NCBI GenBank assembly: GCA_040400605.1
Contig: JBBAPZ010000001.1
Location: 147,390 to 211,389, forward strand
Source of the DNA: Candidatus Sericytochromatia bacterium
GTDB taxonomy: Bacteria > Cyanobacteriota > Sericytochromatia > S15B-MN24 > JAQBPE01
Reading direction: 5' to 3'
DNA: 64,000 nt
The position numbers and the translations under genes are program-made. How positions within the stretch are numbered: the stretch's first letter is position 1; each line of letters starts with the position of its first letter. The notes beneath the pieces are model-generated. The model did no database searches and was not told the DNA's origin. It worked only from the letters and a program-made list of their open reading frames with translations. Shown piece by piece: positions 57,759-64,000 of the stretch.

Positions 57759-57884
57759 CAGTTGGCCATCGCCACTGGGGCCGGGCCCACGCCAGTCCAT
57801 CAGTTGGCCTTCGCCACTGGGGCCGGGCCCACGCCAGTCCATCAGTTGGCCTTCGCCACTGGGGCCGGGCCCACGCCAGTCCAT
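57759..57884. repeat. Tandem repeat, 3 x 42 bp
   Basis: Unit CAGTTGGCC(A/T)TCGCCACTGGGGCCGGGCCCACGCCAGTCCAT at 57759, 57801 and 57843; only one mismatch. Confidence 0.95.
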
Positions 57885-57963
57885 CGAACCTGGAAAAGCA
57901 TGTTGACGGTTAAAATCAACGGCAAAACAAACATTGCCCCCGAACTTCAGCATCGACGGCTTC

Positions 57964-58443
57964 CTAGAGTGTGGCACCAGGGCGTTTGAACAGAAAGCAA
58001 TGGCAAAAGCCTGGGTGATAACTCGTCAAGGTAACTGTTTTGTCAGCGTTTTCGGTGATGGTGCCACGATCCGGCCAAAACGCGGTCTTTTGCTCCATCT
58101 CTGCCATTGAGGCATACTGCTTTGTCCCGGGCACATCAAGCTCGCGCGCAGGCTCACACGGGCAATTGACCTTCAGGTTTTTTTGCGGTTGCCCCTTGGC
58201 ATCGCGCAGCAATTCACCTTGCGCGTCCCGTTTGTGGTACGACAGGAAGCTGTAACACGGGCACGCCTGGAAGCCATACTCGATGCGATTCTTGGCCAGG
58301 CCTTCGCGTACGAGTTCCGTGACTTCCGCTTGCTCGTAAAGTTCCCAGTCAAACTTTTGACAAACCGTTTGGACGAACGATTCGATCTTCGAGCGCTCTG
58401 CCGCCAATTGGACGGGATCATAAACCTGTGACATGCCGGACAC
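57964..58443 (-). CDS. Ferredoxin-thioredoxin reductase catalytic subunit-like protein
   Basis: GLAKNRIEYG..ACPC...NCPC...GFCHCFLF. Confidence 0.75.
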   Translation of the reverse strand: MSGMSQVYDPVQLAAERSKIESFVQTVCQKFDWELYEQAEVTELVREGLAKNRIEYGFQACPCYSFLSYHKRDAQGELLRDAKGQPQKNLKVNCPCEPARELDVPGTKQYASMAEMEQKTAFWPDRGTITENADKTVTLTSYHPGFCHCFLFKRPGATL

Positions 58444-58593
58444 CCCCTTTGCACGATACGTTCATGAGATAACACGCCCTTGCGCCGATGAAAAGTCCGT
58501 AACGTGGGCCAGCTCCAACCAACCGACGTATTCAAATCAGACTGCCAAATACCCGTCAGCATCGAGCAAACCGTTCTTGGGGCGGCTTGGGAG

Positions 58594-58851
58594 TTAGCAT
58601 TCTTTCATCTCCACAGCCCTGGTCCGGATGAATGCCGCAGCGAATTGAAAAATGAGACCAGAGCACGAATTGGCTGACGGCAGCGCTGGCTGCGGACGTC
58701 CCTTCAGTTCGCTCAAGGTCTGTTTGATGGCTTGTGCGTCAGATTGCACCTGGTCAAGCAGATCACGCAATTCGGCAGTTTGATTGAAAAGCGCCTGAAT
58801 GGCTTAGCGGACGGATGCTTGATTCGTGAGGTCAGGCAGATTCGTCTTCAT
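58594..58851 (-). pseudogene. Stop-interrupted coiled-coil ORF remnant
   Basis: Reads MKTNLPDLTNQASVR*AIQALFNQTAELRDLLDQVQSDAQAIKQTLSELKGRPQP..., with one in-frame TAA at 58804-58806. Confidence 0.35.
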
Positions 58852-58948
58852 CAATCGAGCCGCCACCGCATCACGCGCTGGTTGAAATCGGCAGGATTAA
58901 ACTCGCCGGGCTCACCTCACTGATTTGGCAACGATGACACCGTACGCA

Positions 58949-60589
58949 TCAGGACAACGGGAAAGCCTGGTTTCGAATGAACGCACAGATTTCCTTGAAC
59001 CGCGATCGCACCCCTGTACCGTGTACGACACCCAGCAAGGTCGAGAAAATCTGGCTTGCGTTGGGTAACAAAGGAAACCACCACAATTTGCCAAAACGCT
59101 GCCCACTAACCTCAATGAGGCGCGTGTTCACCATTTCCATCAAGCCGGCCTCGCCCCCAGACTTGCCAATGCCACTCTCCTTGATGCCCCCGCGTGGCAA
59201 CAAGGGATTGCCATACGACGCAAGGCCCGTATTAACCCAGATGGTTCCCGCCTGCAACTGGCCCGCAATGCGCTCGGCCCGTGCCAGATCGGGGGTCCAG
59301 ATGCTGGCACTCAGACCGAAATTCGATGCATTGGCCGCTTGGATCATCTCGGATTCGGATTCACAGACGACGACGGGTAGGAGTGGGCCGAAGGTTTCTT
59401 CCTGCATCACCCGCATATCAGGCGTGACACCTGTGAGGATTGTGGGTGCGTAAAAACACCCTGGCCCATCAAGCCGATGCCCGCCCAACAATACGCTTGC
59501 CCCCTTTGCCACGGCATCTTCGACCTGCGCGTCCACCCGTTCGAGTTGTGCTTCGTTGATGAGTGGACCCACCTGCGAGGCAGGTTCCAGTCCATCGCCC
59601 ACCACCAGCGCGGCACTTTGCTTGATGAGTTCTGACAAGAATGGGTCCGCGATGCGCGCATGCACGTAAAGACGCTCAATCGAGGCGCAAACCTGACCTG
59701 TATTGGCGAAGGCCCCCCAGACGATGCCGCGAACGGCGAGAGGGATGTTCACGTCCTCGAGCACCAGTGCAGGGTCCTTGCCGCCCAATTCCAAGGTCGC
59801 GCTGCGCAGGCGTGTGGCTGAGGCGATGCCTACGGCGCGGCCGGTTGCAACGGAGCCAGTGAAGCAGAGGTGGTCGATCGCCCCGTTGGTGAGCGCCTCG
59901 CCGGTCGTGCGATCGCCTGTCACGATGGCTAGCACCTCATCTGGAATACCACTCTGGTGCGCGAGGCGAACCAGTGCCTGTGAGACCAAAGGCGTCAACT
60001 CGGAAGGCTTGAACACCACCGTGTTGCCGCTCGCAAGCGCTGGCGCAATATCGGCGATCGCAAGCAAAACCGGATAATTCCACGGCGCGATGACCCCGAT
60101 GACCCCTTTCGGACGGTATTGCAGGTACGTCTTGCGCGAAGCCAGGAGCCAGTTGCCGCCACGTAGGGGGCGATCGCGCAGCAGCCGTTCGCTGTGACGG
60201 GCATAGTGCTCAAGAAACTCACACACCGAAAACCACTCACTATACGCATCAGACAATGGCTTGCCGTTTTCTTGCGTCAGCAAGCGCGCTAACGCCTCAC
60301 GGTCCCGCACGATCGCAGCTTTCCAGGCCCGCAGGCGTCGCGCCCGTTCACGGTAACCAAGTTCCCACCAGGCCGCCTGGGCGGAGCGCGCAGACGCGAT
60401 CGCTGTATCCACCTGTTCAGGTGAAGCAATCACAACGGTGCCTACGACCGCCTTTGTAGCAGGGTTGGTCGAGACGAGGCACGGCCCCTGTACATCTGTC
60501 ATTGTGCGCTTCAAACGCTGCCCCCCTGCGCCTCCGCAATCGGTATCCATACCGCCACTATACACCAGGATGCCGCCCACCTCACGCAA
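58949..60589 (-). CDS. Aldehyde dehydrogenase family protein (start probably ATG near 60502)
   Basis: IAPWNYP, FTGS, LELGGKD, GQVCAS (catalytic Cys), EETFGP. Confidence 0.93.
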   Translation of the reverse strand: MREVGGILVYSGGMDTDCGGAGGQRLKRTMTDVQGPCLVSTNPATKAVVGTVVIASPEQVDTAIASARSAQAAWWELGYRERARRLRAWKAAIVRDREALARLLTQENGKPLSDAYSEWFSVCEFLEHYARHSERLLRDRPLRGGNWLLASRKTYLQYRPKGVIGVIAPWNYPVLLAIADIAPALASGNTVVFKPSELTPLVSQALVRLAHQSGIPDEVLAIVTGDRTTGEALTNGAIDHLCFTGSVATGRAVGIASATRLRSATLELGGKDPALVLEDVNIPLAVRGIVWGAFANTGQVCASIERLYVHARIADPFLSELIKQSAALVVGDGLEPASQVGPLINEAQLERVDAQVEDAVAKGASVLLGGHRLDGPGCFYAPTILTGVTPDMRVMQEETFGPLLPVVVCESESEMIQAANASNFGLSASIWTPDLARAERIAGQLQAGTIWVNTGLASYGNPLLPRGGIKESGIGKSGGEAGLMEMVNTRLIEVSGQRFGKLWWFPLLPNASQIFSTLLGVVHGTGVRSRFKEICAFIRNQAFPLS

Positions 60590-60874
60590 GCCCCGTTTAG
60601 ACCATTCAGGTGCGCGGAACCACCAGCTTGTTTTGACACCGGCTCAGAGCGGGTGCAACCAGTCTTGGCATCCGGAGCGACGTCCCCTTGTGCCGGTCGC
60701 TTCGTGCCTTAAAGAAGTCGCCACTTGTGCTTGATGTCGGTTAATGTCGTGTTCAAAACCGGGTTTGCACCGTGAGGCGTGAATTTCCGTTGCGGGATGT
60801 GCGTCTGTGATACCTTTAAAGAAGTGGGGCCATTACAATCACTCCCCGGGACACAAGTCTGGCAGGATACCGTT

Positions 60875-63800
60875 ATGAGTCTGGCACGCGTTGCATATTA
60901 TCTGAAAGAAGCAGGGGCTGTCACCCCGCTCATCCAAGCGCTTGCAGGCACATCGCCCACACTCACCCGCGTGGGCGGCCTCGCAACCACTTCCAGGGCA
61001 GCCGTTATCGCAGCTCTCGCCCAATCCGGTCAGATGGGTCTCTTCATCGCGCGAAACCATGACCAGGCCCAAGCGTACCTGAGCCTGTTTGAGTCTTTTA
61101 GTCTGGATGCCGCCTATTTTCCTGGTGCCGAGGCATCCCTCTATGAAAGCGGGGCAAGTGATTCCGACACGCACGTTGAGCAGCAACGCGTGTTGGCCCG
61201 AGTGTTGAATGGCGAGGTGAAATGGGTCATCACCACGCCGCGGGGACTGGCCAAGCGCTTGGTGACCCCAGATGACTACCGTGCAGCGTGTCAGGCATTA
61301 CGGGTGGGCGATCGCACGGCGCCCGCCAAACTGGTTCAAGAACTCGTCCGCCTTGGGTATCGCGCGGTGCCACAGGTCAACCAGATTGGTGACTTTGCCA
61401 GGCGTGGTGGCATCGTGGATGTGTTCTCGCCGGCCACGGATACGCCGGTGCGCCTTGAGTGGTTCGGGGATGAGATTGATTCTATGCGCGCGTTCGAACC
61501 GGAAAGTCAGCGTTCGGGCGACAGCGTGCCAGGTCTCACCCTGATTCCAGTGGGTGAACTGCTGCTGCCCACGGACGGACCCGGTGATTTTGAGCGACAT
61601 GTACGAGAGGCGTTTGTCAGGGCGCAGAAAAAGCTGAACTTTATTGCCAATCGGCTCAAAGCGGAGAGTGAACAGGCGATCGCCCGGCTTGCCGCTTTCA
61701 ACTACTTTGAAGGCTGCGGTTACTACGCCCCGTTCATTCACGAACGGATGGGCACCTTGCTCGACTATTTGCCAGTGAGCACGGCTCTGTACTGGGAAGA
61801 ACGTACAGCGATTGCGTCGGAATTAAAAAAATGGGGCGCGAAGCAAGACGATGCTTACCTCAAAGGCGTGAGTGACGGCCGCCTGTTGCCTTTGCCGTAT
61901 TTATTGCATCTCTCGGGAGACGAATGCCTGAATCTGGCCGCGGTGCGCCATCAAGTCGATTTTAGCGTCGACAGTGCGTCCGAACGGCATATCGACGGGC
62001 CTGAGGCGCAACGCTTTCACAGTGATTTCGACAAGCTTGCGATCCAGCTCAATCAGTGGCAGCACGCCGGGCAACGGGTGCTTGTGGTCACCCAGCAGCC
62101 ACAACGGGCCTTCGCCATTTTGGATGAACGCGGCGTGAACGCATCGCTCGCGGCGCCGCCCGAAGCCTACGGTGGTGAGACGGGTGGCATCTGGGTCGTG
62201 CGTGAAGGGCTTGCGCAGGGGTGTGCGTTCCCGGATTTAAAATTGGTGGTCCTGACGGACTTGGAGTTATTTGGTCAACACCGCCGCAGTTCAGGGAAGC
62301 GGTATCGCAAATTCACCAACCAAGGTGCCAGTGTGTCCTCAGTTGCGGAACTGAAGCCCGGGGACTACGTCGTTCACGCCAAGCATGGCATCGGGCGCTA
62401 CGTGGGCTTGACGCGCATGGCTGTGGACAACCAGGAACGCGAATACCTGTCGCTGGTGTATCTGAACGATGACAAGTTGTTTGTGCCCGTGGAGCAGGTG
62501 AATTTGCTCCATCGCTATCGGGCCAGCGGAGAAGGTGCGGCACCGCGTCTGCACAAAATGGGGGGTGTGGAATGGGAAAACACCAAGAAACGGGTGAAAA
62601 AGGGCTTGCTCGATCTGGCGGATGACCTGGTCAAACTGTATGCCGAACGTGCCAGTTTGGAGGGTTTTGCCTGCCCGCCTGACACACCGTGGCAGCGCGA
62701 GATGGAAGAAGCATTTCCGTATCAGGAGACCTTGGATCAGCTAAAAGCCATTCAAGAGACCAAAGCGGACATGGAAAAGCCGCGTCCCATGGACCGCCTG
62801 GTGTGCGGGGATGTGGGATTCGGCAAAACGGAAGTGGCCATTCGTGCCACTTTCAAAGCCGTCATGGCTGGCAGACAAGTCGCGATACTCGCGCCAACAA
62901 CGGTACTCGCGCAGCAGCATTACATGGTGTTTCGCGAGCGTTTTGCGCCTTACCCGATTCGAGTGGGCTTGCTGTCGCGTTTTCGAACGGCCAAGGAGCA
63001 AAAAGAGGTCGTGTCGAAGTTGCGTTCGGGCGAAATGGATGTGGTCATTGGCACCCACCGCCTGTTAAGCAAGGACATGGGGTTCAATGCACTGGGCCTG
63101 GTGGTGATTGACGAGGAACATCGCTTCGGGGTGGCCAATAAGGAACGCCTCAAGCAGGTGAAGTCCATGGTGGATGTGTTGACCATGAGTGCGACACCCA
63201 TTCCAAGGACACTTTACATGGCGTTATCCGGGGCGCGGGATATGAGTCTGATTGCCACGCCGCCCCTCAACCGGCAGCCGGTGAAAACAATTGTCGGTCC
63301 TTATGATCCAGAGGCCGTTCGTCAGGCCATTTTGCATGAAATCGGTCGCGAGGGTCAGGTATTCTTCTTGCACAACCGCATCGAATCGATTGGCGCGGTG
63401 GCGCAGCAACTGGCGCAACTGGTGCCGGAGGCACGTGTAAGGGTGGCACACGGGCAGATGAACGAAGCCGAACTCGAAGATATCATGCTGGCCTTTAAAG
63501 ACCATGAGTTTGACATTCTGCTCTGCACCACCATCATCGAGTCGGGCCTGGATATTCCACGGGCCAATACGATGATCATCGACAATGCGGATGGTCTGGG
63601 CCTGGCGCAGCTATACCAACTGCGGGGCCGGGTGGGACGTTCTGAGACCAAGGCTTACTGTCACTGCTACTACCGGGCCGGAAAGGAATTGACGGATGAG
63701 GCACGCGATCGCCTGCAGGCCCTGAGTCAATTCACGGCGCTTGGTTCCGGCTACCAGATTGCGATGCGCGATCTTGAAATCAGAGGCGTTGGCAATTTGC

Positions 63801-64000
63801 TCGGTGCTGAACAGCACGGGCATATGGTGTCAATTGGTTTCGACCTTTACACCCAACTACTGGAGGAGGCCATCGAATCTGCGCGCGGCAGCGAGGTCAC
63901 CAAACCTTTGGAGTCGACCGTGGTGGATCTTCACGTCAGCGCCTTTATTCCAGAAGATTATTTGGGTGAGGGTGCCGACAAGATGGCGCAGTACCGGCGC
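60875..64000 (+). CDS. mfd: Transcription-repair coupling factor (runs off the 3' end of the window)
   Basis: Frame from ATG 60875; encodes FARRGGIVD, GDYVVHAKHGIG, CGDVGFGKTEVA, DEEHRFG, QLYQLRGRVGR, RDLEIRGVGNLLG; missing from the ORF track because there is no stop in the window. Confidence 0.95.
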   Translation, partial: MSLARVAYYLKEAGAVTPLIQALAGTSPTLTRVGGLATTSRAAVIAALAQSGQMGLFIARNHDQAQAYLSLFESFSLDAAYFPGAEASLYESGASDSDTHVEQQRVLARVLNGEVKWVITTPRGLAKRLVTPDDYRAACQALRVGDRTAPAKLVQELVRLGYRAVPQVNQIGDFARRGGIVDVFSPATDTPVRLEWFGDEIDSMRAFEPESQRSGDSVPGLTLIPVGELLLPTDGPGDFERHVREAFVRAQKKLNFIANRLKAESEQAIARLAAFNYFEGCGYYAPFIHERMGTLLDYLPVSTALYWEERTAIASELKKWGAKQDDAYLKGVSDGRLLPLPYLLHLSGDECLNLAAVRHQVDFSVDSASERHIDGPEAQRFHSDFDKLAIQLNQWQHAGQRVLVVTQQPQRAFAILDERGVNASLAAPPEAYGGETGGIWVVREGLAQGCAFPDLKLVVLTDLELFGQHRRSSGKRYRKFTNQGASVSSVAELKPGDYVVHAKHGIGRYVGLTRMAVDNQEREYLSLVYLNDDKLFVPVEQVNLLHRYRASGEGAAPRLHKMGGVEWENTKKRVKKGLLDLADDLVKLYAERASLEGFACPPDTPWQREMEEAFPYQETLDQLKAIQETKADMEKPRPMDRLVCGDVGFGKTEVAIRATFKAVMAGRQVAILAPTTVLAQQHYMVFRERFAPYPIRVGLLSRFRTAKEQKEVVSKLRSGEMDVVIGTHRLLSKDMGFNALGLVVIDEEHRFGVANKERLKQVKSMVDVLTMSATPIPRTLYMALSGARDMSLIATPPLNRQPVKTIVGPYDPEAVRQAILHEIGREGQVFFLHNRIESIGAVAQQLAQLVPEARVRVAHGQMNEAELEDIMLAFKDHEFDILLCTTIIESGLDIPRANTMIIDNADGLGLAQLYQLRGRVGRSETKAYCHCYYRAGKELTDEARDRLQALSQFTALGSGYQIAMRDLEIRGVGNLLGAEQHGHMVSIGFDLYTQLLEEAIESARGSEVTKPLESTVVDLHVSAFIPEDYLGEGADKMAQYRR

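Noticed and set aside
57759..57884. CRISPR array
   Set aside because: Units are contiguous with no unique spacers, and no cas genes are in the window

Overview
Bacterial chromosomal window of moderately high GC, mostly housekeeping: ddl, PGI/PMI plus an NDP-sugar synthase, ppdK with its regulator, tsaE-tsaB-rimI, pgi, purA, an ABC-F ATPase and a 3'-truncated mfd. It also holds three tRNAs (Glu-CTC, Gly-CCC, Arg-CCT) and a probable 6S RNA. Two accessory loci stand out. (1) A roughly 9.7-kb minus-strand operon (33357-43069) with three Rieske oxygenases, a CylC/AurF-like dimetal-carboxylate enzyme, a second ferritin-like diiron protein, a [2Fe-2S] ferredoxin, a membrane desaturase/hydroxylase, a left-handed beta-helix acyltransferase, a GNAT-like protein and a GH3 acyl-adenylating ligase, but no PKS, NRPS or ACP. 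It looks like an orphan pathway for an oxidised, possibly halogenated, acyl-amide lipid. (2) An RsbV-RsbW...RsbU partner-switching locus (5546-12315) enclosing a ComQ-like peptide prenyltransferase, a 46-aa Trp-terminal ORF coupled at both ends, and a 1055-aa protein resembling a zinc protease that has lost its metal ligands. Smaller oddities are a degenerate 102-bp copy of a gene's 3' end, a membrane-anchored JAB protease, a QueC-like pseudoenzyme coupled to purA, an FTR catalytic subunit with large insertions, a 3x42-bp tandem repeat and a stop-interrupted coiled-coil remnant. All calls come from reading motifs by eye; no database searches were run.
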